32,000 nt of DNA, taken from NCBI RefSeq assembly GCF_000195755.1, contig NC_002937.3, forward strand, positions 420,001-452,000, given 5' to 3'. The notes beneath the pieces are model-generated. The model was not told the DNA's origin and did no database searches. It worked only from the letters and a program-made list of their open reading frames with translations. The translations under genes and the position numbers were made by a program. Position 1 is the first letter of the stretch; each line of letters opens with the position of its first letter. The DNA comes from Nitratidesulfovibrio vulgaris str. Hildenborough (GTDB taxonomy: Bacteria > Desulfobacterota > Desulfovibrionia > Desulfovibrionales > Desulfovibrionaceae). Below are positions 25,073 through 32,000 of this stretch, piece by piece.

Positions 25073-25804
25073 CTATTCTGCGACGACGAAATCGCCGGGG
25101 AACTCGGAGCGCAGTTGCTGGCGCATCCGCTCGGCTTCACTCAGCGTCGACCACGGGCCCACCTGTACACGCCAGAAGCTGACAAGCTCGGCATAGTAGA
25201 AGCGTGCCTTGAAGCCGCGCTGTTGCATCCGTGCAGAAAGGCGGCGGGCGTTCTCCTGACTGGAGAAGGCTCCTATCTGGACATAGAAGCTGCCGGACAG
25301 GTCGCCATCCTGCATGAGTCCGGGAACGTCACCGACGGTCTCGAGCCTTACGCGTGCCGTGCCGGGGCCTATCATGCCGATGCGGCTTGCCCCGGTGTGC
25401 GTGAGGTCGATGATGCGGTCGCCGACGAAGGGCCCGCGGTCATTGACGCGGACGATGATCTGCTTGCCGTTGGCGAGGTTGGTGACGCGCAGGTTGGTGT
25501 TGAACGGCAGCAGCTTGTGCGCCGCCGTCATGGCGTACATGTCGTAGCGCTCACCGTTGGCGGTCTTCTTGCCGTGGAAGTCGCTCCCGTACCACGAGGC
25601 GACCCCTTCTTCGACGAAGCCATGGGCGGACTTGAGGGGATAGTAGGTCTTGCCGCGTACGGTGTAGGGCTTGGCGCGCGGCCCTGAAGGCTGGCCCTTG
25701 GGATAGGATACACCGGAGCGTGATGAGCCGCACCCCGAGACGAGGCTGGCGGTGCAGAACAGGAGAAGTGAAACGAGAAGAAGGCGCAGGATGGTGTTTG
25801 GCAT
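25073..25804 (-). CDS. rlpA: Rare lipoprotein A (RlpA): DPBB domain plus C-terminal SPOR domain
   Basis: Lipobox LVSGC. DPBB region (ASWYGSDFHGKKTANGERYDMYAMTAAHKLLPFNTNLRVTNL..NDRGPF). C-terminal SPOR-like region (FYVQIGAFSSQENARRL). Confidence 0.9.
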   Translation of the reverse strand: MPNTILRLLLVSLLLFCTASLVSGCGSSRSGVSYPKGQPSGPRAKPYTVRGKTYYPLKSAHGFVEEGVASWYGSDFHGKKTANGERYDMYAMTAAHKLLPFNTNLRVTNLANGKQIIVRVNDRGPFVGDRIIDLTHTGASRIGMIGPGTARVRLETVGDVPGLMQDGDLSGSFYVQIGAFSSQENARRLSARMQQRGFKARFYYAELVSFWRVQVGPWSTLSEAERMRQQLRSEFPGDFVVAE

Positions 25805-25815
25805 CGTTCCTTGAA

Positions 25816-25842
25816 GGGGAGGCCGCCCGTGGCGGCCTCCCC
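25816..25842 (-). terminator. GC-rich perfect hairpin between the HMGL gene and rlpA (terminator or mRNA-stability element)
   Basis: GGGGAGGCCGCC (25816-25827) pairs with GGCGGCCTCCCC (25831-25842). On the minus strand only TT follows, and then the rlpA SD (AAGGAA). Confidence 0.4.
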
Positions 25843-25884
25843 CGGGGTTGAGGTTGACGGGGCGTGGCCCCGCGCAGTGCGGGG

Positions 25885-27711
25885 CTATTCGTCCTCGTCC
25901 TGTGCCACGTCATCCTCGATGGCGTCGGCACGGCGCAGCAGTTGCTCTATCTGGATGTCGGCACCGATGATGCCGGTGATGTTGTCGTGCTCGTCCGTGA
26001 CCGCCGTGGAGACGGTGAGGATGAGCTGCCCTGTGAACTGCGACTGGTACACGTCGGTGATGTGCAGTTCACCGGTCTGCATGGGCCTGATGAACCACTG
26101 GCGGTTGGAGAAGTCGTAGCCGATGGGCAGCTGGTCGTACTTCGCCTGATAGGCCGGGTCGGTGATGGCTGCCGAGAGCAGCTTGCCGCGGTTGTCGGTG
26201 AGGTACAGGTACTGGATGAAGGGGTATTCCTGCACGAACTCGCGCATGCAGGGGTACTTGTCGTCGCCCACGCCCATGATCTGGCATTCCTTGGCCAGCT
26301 TGATGATGAGGCCCGCCGAGAGCTCGCCCGCCATCTTCTTGATCTGGTCGAACTCGGAGCCGAACAGCTCGGGCATGAAGCGGCGCACCAGCGTCTGCAT
26401 CTCCTTGTTGGAGAACGAGGTGTTGCGGCCGTCTTCGTAGGCCTTCATGATCTTGTTGTAGATGTGTCCCACGGCGGGGTGCTTCTTCGACACCTGATTC
26501 TCGACGGGCAGGCCGAGGTACTGGTTGATCCAGTAGGCGACCCCGGCGCGGCCCGACTTGTCGGTGATGATGATGGGCACCGGGCGGTTGAGAATCTTGC
26601 GCGTGTCGAAGATGTTGTAGATTTCCTCGTTCTTGGCGAGGCCGTCCACATGGATGCCGGCGCTGGTGGCGTTGAAGTCCTTGCCGACGAACGGGTAGTT
26701 GTCGGGGATGCGGTAGTCGAGTTCGGTCTCGAAGTAGTGGGCGATTTCCGAGATGACCTGCGTCTCGGCCGCGTCGTCGTCGCCGGTGAGCGAGATGTAT
26801 TCGATGACGAGGGCTTCGAGGGGCGTGTTGCCGGTGCGTTCGCCGAAGCCGAGAAGGGTGCAGTTGACCCCGGCGCATCCGTACATCCACGCCGTGACGC
26901 CGTTGATGAGCACCTTGTGGAAGTCGTTGTGCCCATGCCATTCGAGCCATTCGCCTGGGACGCCGGCCTCGTCTGTGAAGGCGCGCACGATGCGCTGCAC
27001 GGAACGTGGCAGGGTGGCACCCGGATAGGGCACCCCGTAGCCCATGGTGTCGCACAGCCGTATCTTGACCGGCAGGCCGCTGTCCTTGGACATCTCCATG
27101 AGTTTCTGCGCAAAGGGCAGGCAGAAGCCGGGGATGTCGGCGCGGGTGATGTCCTCGAAGTGGCAGCGCGGGATGATGCCCCATTCAAGGGCCTGTCCCA
27201 CCACCTTGAGGTAGTTCTGAAGAGCCTTCTCGCGGTCGAGACCCAGCTTGAGGTAGAGATGGTAGTCCGACACGCTGGTCAGCATCCCCACTTCATCGAA
27301 CTCCATGTCCCGCGCGATCTTGAGGTCGTCGACGTTGGCCCGTATCCAGCCCGTGATGCGCGGGAACTTGTAGCCCTTGGCCCTGCATGCCTCGATGGCC
27401 CGGCGGTCCTTCTGCGAGTACATGAAGAACTCGGAGGCGCGGATGAGCCCGCTACGCCCGCCCAGCTTGTGGAGCAGGTCGTACATATGGGCCATCTGCT
27501 TCACGGTGTACGGCGGGCGGGCCTGTTGGCCGTCGCGGAACGTCGTGTCGGTGATGAACATGGGCTCGGCGGGGCGCGGCATCAGAAAGATGTCGTCGAA
27601 CTCCACGCGGCTTATCTTCGAATAGGGGAAGATGTCGCGATACAGTTCGGGATTGTCTCTGTTCTCAAGCCTTACCCTTGTGGAGGCTCTGTTCAGATGG
27701 AGCAGGGTCAT
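25885..27711 (-). CDS. HMGL-like (2-isopropylmalate / homocitrate / Re-citrate synthase family) enzyme with a C-terminal Cache-like domain
   Basis: 608 aa. Catalytic motifs ITDTTFRDGQQ and EWHGHNDF. The C-terminal ~140 aa carry a Cache_1-like pattern (YLYLTDNRGKLL...DFSNRQWF...VYQSQFTGQLILTVSTAV...ITGIIGADIQIEQL). Its ATG overlaps the upstream stop (ATGA at 27711-27708). Confidence 0.88.
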   Translation of the reverse strand: MTLLHLNRASTRVRLENRDNPELYRDIFPYSKISRVEFDDIFLMPRPAEPMFITDTTFRDGQQARPPYTVKQMAHMYDLLHKLGGRSGLIRASEFFMYSQKDRRAIEACRAKGYKFPRITGWIRANVDDLKIARDMEFDEVGMLTSVSDYHLYLKLGLDREKALQNYLKVVGQALEWGIIPRCHFEDITRADIPGFCLPFAQKLMEMSKDSGLPVKIRLCDTMGYGVPYPGATLPRSVQRIVRAFTDEAGVPGEWLEWHGHNDFHKVLINGVTAWMYGCAGVNCTLLGFGERTGNTPLEALVIEYISLTGDDDAAETQVISEIAHYFETELDYRIPDNYPFVGKDFNATSAGIHVDGLAKNEEIYNIFDTRKILNRPVPIIITDKSGRAGVAYWINQYLGLPVENQVSKKHPAVGHIYNKIMKAYEDGRNTSFSNKEMQTLVRRFMPELFGSEFDQIKKMAGELSAGLIIKLAKECQIMGVGDDKYPCMREFVQEYPFIQYLYLTDNRGKLLSAAITDPAYQAKYDQLPIGYDFSNRQWFIRPMQTGELHITDVYQSQFTGQLILTVSTAVTDEHDNITGIIGADIQIEQLLRRADAIEDDVAQDEDE

Positions 27712-28496
27712 GGCGTGGTCGCCCTCCTTGAGGATGTGGGGTGGGACATCTGTGCGACGGCGTTGCGGAGTGCGAGGGCCTCGGGGCAGTCCGGGCGCAG
27801 CGTCTCGGCTTCGTCGATGGCACGCAGGGCCTCGTCGGGGCGGCCTCCTTCAAGCAGCGCCTCGGCTGCCTGAACGTACAGAAGTTCGGGCCTGTCGCCG
27901 TACAGCGCGGCTACGAGGCGGGGGTGGTCGTCGCCGAACACGTCGCGCACAAGACCTGCGCGGTCATGCAGAAGACGGGCCAGAAGCCTGTTGTCGCCGT
28001 GTGTGGCGAAATACAGGCACAGCAGCCTGCGGCTGCTGGCGAGAATATAGCGTATACGGCGAATCTCGCGGTCCATGCTCTCGCGGGTCTGCGCCAGCAT
28101 GGAGGCGAGGGGTTCGACGATGGCGAGCAACTCCTCGTCCATGAGCCTGCCCTGAAGGGCACGGTACTGCGGGGCGTAGTGCTGGTGCTGGTAGGCGTCT
28201 TCCTTGAGCTTGATGCACTCGTGGAAGACATAGCCGATGGCCCAGTCCAGCATGAGCGCCACGGGGCTGGCATGCGGGTCGCTGCGGAACAGGTGATGTG
28301 CCGTGTCCTTGAGGCGCCAGAGAAGCCCCTTGTTGACGGCTTCGCCAAGCAGGTCGCGCATGACGGGAAACGACACCGCGCCGGAGGCTTCGAAACGCTC
28401 GAACTGTGCTTCGAGGACGGCGCACGCCATGCAGTAGTCGCGCATGACGTCACGCGCGAATTCGGAAAGGTTGGCCTGTACCCAGCGTCTCGACAT
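27708..28496 (-). CDS. Hypothetical protein, predicted helical with a TPR-like C-terminus
   Basis: 262 aa. GGGAG lies ~9 nt upstream of the ATG at 28496. The stop overlaps the HMGL start codon. I recognise no motif. Confidence 0.65.
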   Translation of the reverse strand: MSRRWVQANLSEFARDVMRDYCMACAVLEAQFERFEASGAVSFPVMRDLLGEAVNKGLLWRLKDTAHHLFRSDPHASPVALMLDWAIGYVFHECIKLKEDAYQHQHYAPQYRALQGRLMDEELLAIVEPLASMLAQTRESMDREIRRIRYILASSRRLLCLYFATHGDNRLLARLLHDRAGLVRDVFGDDHPRLVAALYGDRPELLYVQAAEALLEGGRPDEALRAIDEAETLRPDCPEALALRNAVAQMSHPTSSRRATTP

Positions 28497-28580
28497 GGTG
28501 CGTCACTCCCGGAAGATGCGCTTATAGCCGTTTTTTGCGTAGACCGGAAGCGGGCGGGCGAATGTGCGGGGCGGGGCCGT

Positions 28581-29132
28581 CTACAGCAGGCAGACCGACT
28601 CGTCGCAGCATCGCTTGAGAAATTCGCTGTAGGCGTAAAGAATCCGCTGCTCTGCGGCGCGTCGCGTATCGTCCATGGGAGGGACGGGATGCGCTGCGGC
28701 AAGGTGGTCGATGTCGGCGTGCCGTGGCAGCGCACGCATGCCCGAGGCCAGTTGCGTGCCATCGGCCACGGCATAGAGGGCAGCGTCGCGCAGGTCGGAC
28801 ACCGCCACCAGCGGTGCGGGCCCTCCGGTCATGAGGCGTGCTGCGGCCAGGCTTTCGCGGGCGAAGGTGTTGACCTGACCGGGGCAGAAGAAGACCAGCA
28901 TGAGAGGGCTGCCGTCAGGGGCTGTCACGGTCAGGTCGACCGTACGGCAGTATTCCCCGTCGTCGACGGGAAACCGCACGGCAAGGCGCGGCACGACCCT
29001 CTCGGCGGGATACCCGAGTCCTTCGACCAGCAGCCGCGCAAGGGCCTGCCGCAGGTCCTCGTAGGTCGTGGCCTCGATGGATTCTCCGGTGAGGTAGTCG
29101 CGAAGCGTCTCGCCAAGGCTCGTCTCGTGCAT
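28581..29132 (-). CDS. HsdR_N-like (type I restriction enzyme R N-terminal / PD-(D/E)XK fold) domain protein, apparently catalytically degenerate
   Basis: The ATG at 29132 is preceded by GAAGGAGA. The pattern YEDLRQALARLLVEGLGYPAERVVPRLAVRF...RTVDLTV...PLMLVFFCPG matches the HSDR_N consensus layout, but the ExK position reads F-F-C. The C-terminus is RCCDESVCLL. The track ORF extends to 29294. Confidence 0.55.
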   Translation of the reverse strand: MHETSLGETLRDYLTGESIEATTYEDLRQALARLLVEGLGYPAERVVPRLAVRFPVDDGEYCRTVDLTVTAPDGSPLMLVFFCPGQVNTFARESLAAARLMTGGPAPLVAVSDLRDAALYAVADGTQLASGMRALPRHADIDHLAAAHPVPPMDDTRRAAEQRILYAYSEFLKRCCDESVCLL

Positions 29133-29149
29133 GGGGTCTCCTTCGCGTG

Positions 29150-29416
29150 CTAGAGGCTGCCGGCCTCCTTGAGCAGGGCGCGTGCCACGGCCTCGTCGTA
29201 CAGGAGCATGGGGTCTGTCTCGCGGCCCATGTCGCGGTACATGGCGGCGGCGTTGCGGATGACTTCGAGCGGAATCCAGCCGTGCTTGTCCCATACCTCG
29301 GCATGGTCGGCCTGCCAGAGTCTGAATTCGATGGCGCCGTCTGTCACGCGCACGTAGACACGGGCGCGGCGGTTGGTGGGGTCGGGGTAGTAGTAGAGGC
29401 CTCGTTCGTCCTGCAT
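29150..29416 (-). CDS. Small hypothetical protein (88 aa)
   Basis: The ATG at 29416 has GGAG 6 nt upstream (MQDERGLYYYPDPTNRRARVYVRV...). It is followed 17 nt later by the next gene. The track ORF extends to 29701, but the upstream part looks non-coding. Confidence 0.5.
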   Translation of the reverse strand: MQDERGLYYYPDPTNRRARVYVRVTDGAIEFRLWQADHAEVWDKHGWIPLEVIRNAAAMYRDMGRETDPMLLYDEAVARALLKEAGSL

Positions 29417-29694
29417 GGTCGCTCCATCTGGGAAATTACCGGAAGAACCGGTGACAGGTGGGAATCTGCCCGCTTCGCGGTGTATCGTCAACAGGGGGAG
29501 GGCGTTCGGGGTGCACAGGGCCGTGAAGCGTTTTAAGGATACATGGGTTGATCGGGCGGGGTGTTGTCTAATCCGTCTGCTTGGGATAGGGTGCCAGAAG
29601 TTGCATCGTCCATGCTTCCCTCTTGTCCGGAGGGGAACATGCGCCATGATGCACTGATGACAGGGGTTGCAGCCGTGCCGGAAGGCCGCCGCAC

Positions 29695-29723
29695 TTGACA
29701 AGGTGGCGGAATCATTCTAGCAA
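29695..29723 (+). promoter_or_regulatory. Candidate sigma70-type promoter for dsrAB
   Basis: Perfect -35 TTGACA (29695-29700), a 17-nt spacer, then a weak -10 TAGCAA (29718-23). This implies a leader of ~155 nt before the dsrA ATG. Confidence 0.35.
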
Positions 29724-29733
29724 TGGCCCTACT

Positions 29734-29751
29734 TTGTCCAAAAAATCACGA
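29734..29751. promoter_or_regulatory. Degenerate CRP/Rex-like palindrome TTGTCC-N6-TCACGA in the dsrA leader
   Basis: Read directly. It matches 9 of 12 positions of TTGTGA-N6-TCACAA and lies just downstream of the candidate promoter. Confidence 0.3.
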
Positions 29752-29887
29752 GTTTTTCGCGCGCCAGGGCCGCACCGACCGAAGTCCGGGCCGCGAGAAA
29801 GCAGAAAGCCCCGTGCTGCCATTCGGCAGGACGGGCGCGCCAACGTCGGTAGTGAGACTACAACCAAACCAATGTGGAGGTAAGGCA

Positions 29888-31201
29888 ATGGCGAAACATG
29901 CAACTCCCAAGTTGGACCAGCTCGAGTCCGGGCCCTGGCCCAGCTTCGTGTCCGACATCAAGCAGGAGGCTGCGTACCGGGCGGCCAACCCGAAGGGGCT
30001 GGACTACCAGGTACCCGTCGACTGTCCGGAAGACCTGCTCGGCGTTCTCGAGCTGTCCTACGATGAGGGTGAAACCCACTGGAAGCACGGCGGCATCGTC
30101 GGCGTGTTCGGTTACGGCGGCGGCGTCATCGGCCGTTACTGTGACCAGCCCGAAAAGTTCCCCGGCGTGGCGCACTTCCATACCGTGCGCGTGGCCCAGC
30201 CTTCCGGCAAGTACTACTCTGCCGACTACCTGCGCCAGCTGTGCGACATCTGGGACCTGCGCGGTTCCGGTCTGACCAACATGCACGGCTCCACGGGTGA
30301 CATCGTTCTCCTCGGCACGCAGACCCCCCAGCTCGAAGAAATCTTCTTCGAACTGACCCACAACCTGAACACCGACCTTGGTGGTTCCGGTTCGAACCTG
30401 CGTACCCCTGAATCGTGCCTCGGCAAGTCGCGTTGCGAATTCGCCTGCTACGACTCTCAGGCCGCCTGCTACGAACTGACCATGGAATACCAGGACGAAC
30501 TGCACCGTCCGGCGTTCCCCTACAAGTTCAAGTTCAAGTTCGACGCCTGCCCCAACGGCTGCGTGGCCTCCATCGCCCGTTCCGACTTCTCGGTCATCGG
30601 TACCTGGAAGGACGACATCAAGATCGACGCCGAAGCCGTCAAGGCCTACGTGGCCGGTGAGTTCAAGCCCAACGCCGGTGCCCACTCCGGTCGTGACTGG
30701 GGCAAGTTCGACATCGAAGCCGAAGTCGTCAATCGCTGCCCCTCCAAGTGCATGAAGTGGGACGGTTCCAAGCTGTCGATCGACAACAAGGAATGCGTCC
30801 GTTGCATGCACTGCATCAACACCATGCCCCGCGCCCTGCACATCGGCGACGAGCGTGGCGCCTCCATCCTCTGCGGTGCGAAGGCTCCCATCCTCGACGG
30901 TGCCCAGATGGGCTCTCTGCTGGTTCCCTTCGTCGCCGCCGAAGAGCCCTTCGACGAGATCAAGGAAGTCGTCGAGAAGATCTGGGACTGGTGGATGGAA
31001 GAAGGCAAGAACCGCGAGCGCCTCGGCGAGACCATGAAGCGCCTCAGCTTCCAGAAGCTGCTCGAAGTGACCGAAATCGCTCCGGTGCCCCAGCATGTCA
31101 AGGAACCCCGCACCAACCCGTACATCTTCTTCAAGGAAGAAGAAGTACCTGGTGGCTGGGATCGCGACATCACGGAATACCGCAAGAGACACCTGAGATA
31201 A
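29888..31201 (+). CDS. dsrA: Dissimilatory sulfite reductase alpha subunit
   Basis: 437 aa beginning MAKHATPKLDQLESGPWPSFVSDIK, with GGAGGTAAGG upstream. Siroheme/FeS Cys motifs and a ferredoxin-like insert (CPSKCMKW...CVRCMHCIN). I recognise it as Desulfovibrio DsrA. Confidence 0.97.
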   Translation: MAKHATPKLDQLESGPWPSFVSDIKQEAAYRAANPKGLDYQVPVDCPEDLLGVLELSYDEGETHWKHGGIVGVFGYGGGVIGRYCDQPEKFPGVAHFHTVRVAQPSGKYYSADYLRQLCDIWDLRGSGLTNMHGSTGDIVLLGTQTPQLEEIFFELTHNLNTDLGGSGSNLRTPESCLGKSRCEFACYDSQAACYELTMEYQDELHRPAFPYKFKFKFDACPNGCVASIARSDFSVIGTWKDDIKIDAEAVKAYVAGEFKPNAGAHSGRDWGKFDIEAEVVNRCPSKCMKWDGSKLSIDNKECVRCMHCINTMPRALHIGDERGASILCGAKAPILDGAQMGSLLVPFVAAEEPFDEIKEVVEKIWDWWMEEGKNRERLGETMKRLSFQKLLEVTEIAPVPQHVKEPRTNPYIFFKEEEVPGGWDRDITEYRKRHLR

Positions 31202-31219
31202 GAAGAGGGGTGCAGAAAG

Positions 31220-32000
31220 ATGGCATTCATATCTTCCGGGTACAATCCCGAAAAGCCGATGGCAAACCGTATCACGGACATCGGCCCCCGCAAGTTCGAC
31301 GAGTTCTTCCCGCCGGTCATTGCCAAGAACTTCGGTTCGTGGCTGTACCATGAGATCCTCGAGCCCGGCGTGCTCATGCACGTGGCCGAGTCCGGCGACA
31401 AGGTGTACACCGTACGCGTTGGTGCTGCTCGCCTGATGTCGATCACCCACATCCGCGAGATGTGCGACATCGCCGACAAGTACTGCGGCGGTCACCTGCG
31501 CTTCACCACGCGTAACAACGTGGAATTCATGGTCGCCGACGAGGCTAGCCTCAAGGCCCTGAAGGAAGACCTCGCCAGCCGCAAGTTCGACGGCGGCTCG
31601 CTCAAGTTCCCCATCGGCGGCACCGGCGCTGGCGTGAGCAACATCGTTCACACCCAGGGCTGGGTACACTGCCACACCCCTGCGACCGACGCCTCCGGCC
31701 CGGTCAAGGCGATCATGGACGAAGTCTTCGAAGACTTCCAGAGCATGCGCCTTCCCGCTCCGGTTCGCATCTCGCTGGCTTGCTGCATCAACATGTGCGG
31801 CGCCGTTCACTGCTCCGACATCGGCGTTGTGGGTATCCACCGCAAGCCCCCGATGATCGACCACGAGTGGACCGACCAGCTGTGCGAAATCCCGCTGGCC
31901 GTTGCCTCCTGTCCCACCGCTGCGGTGCGTCCCACCAAGCTGGAAATCGGCGACAAGAAGGTCAACACCATCGCCATCAAGAACGAACGCTGCATGTACT
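31220..32000 (+). CDS. dsrB: Dissimilatory sulfite reductase beta subunit (3' end truncated by the window edge)
   Basis: The ATG at 31220 lies 18 nt after the dsrA stop. It translates to [39 protein letters not shown]... and stays open to the window end. It is absent from the ORF track because no stop is reached. Confidence 0.95.
   Translation, partial: MAFISSGYNPEKPMANRITDIGPRKFDEFFPPVIAKNFGSWLYHEILEPGVLMHVAESGDKVYTVRVGAARLMSITHIREMCDIADKYCGGHLRFTTRNNVEFMVADEASLKALKEDLASRKFDGGSLKFPIGGTGAGVSNIVHTQGWVHCHTPATDASGPVKAIMDEVFEDFQSMRLPAPVRISLACCINMCGAVHCSDIGVVGIHRKPPMIDHEWTDQLCEIPLAVASCPTAAVRPTKLEIGDKKVNTIAIKNERCMY

Noticed and set aside
25864-27873. A 669-aa plus-strand ORF. Similar long ORFs occur at 1582-3318 (+), 14430-16223 (-), 27741-29153 (+) and 29858-31864 (-).
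   Set aside because: All are antisense to genes with clear catalytic motifs (HMGL enzyme, acyl-CoA synthetase, ABC transporter genes, the 262-aa/HsdR_N-like genes, dsrAB). All have the same GC-driven amino-acid bias and lack SD sequences and recognisable domains.
29589-29606. A sigma-54-like element (GG...TTGCAT) upstream of dsrA. Similar TGGCA-containing strings occur at 14436-14453 and 14470-14484.
   Set aside because: The spacing between the GG and GC dinucleotides is 11, 12 and 9 nt respectively, whereas the consensus TGGCAC-N5-TTGC requires 10 nt. None fits.

Overview
High-GC (roughly 60-65% by eye) deltaproteobacterial chromosome. The DsrA/DsrB proteins at the 3' end match, from memory, Desulfovibrio vulgaris (Hildenborough-like). 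I support 30 CDS and found no rRNA, tRNA, CRISPR array or mobile element. 136-12502 is one uninterrupted minus-strand array of 10 genes: NhaC antiporter, cytoplasmic sulfatase-family enzyme, Crp/FNR regulator, atypical thioredoxin, thioredoxin reductase, a CXXC-less Trx-fold protein, Glu/Leu/Phe/Val dehydrogenase, fused indolepyruvate:ferredoxin oxidoreductase, fused ADP-forming acyl-CoA synthetase and a membrane protein. A 1.3-kb gene-poor gap follows, holding a plausible small c-type cytochrome lipoprotein. After it come flavoredoxin, a 4-gene amino-acid ABC transporter, a GlcD-like FAD oxidase, a YaeQ-like protein, an aminotransferase, Ung, a radical SAM protein, HIT, an HU/IHF protein and RlpA. 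A four-gene minus-strand operon (88-aa protein, degenerate HsdR_N-like protein, 262-aa protein, HMGL enzyme fused to a Cache-like domain) is transcribed divergently from dsrAB. That operon is my best candidate for an undescribed system. Many long ORFs in the track are antisense artefacts of the GC content. Family assignments come from motif reading without database searches. Start codons were chosen by SD and ATG context.
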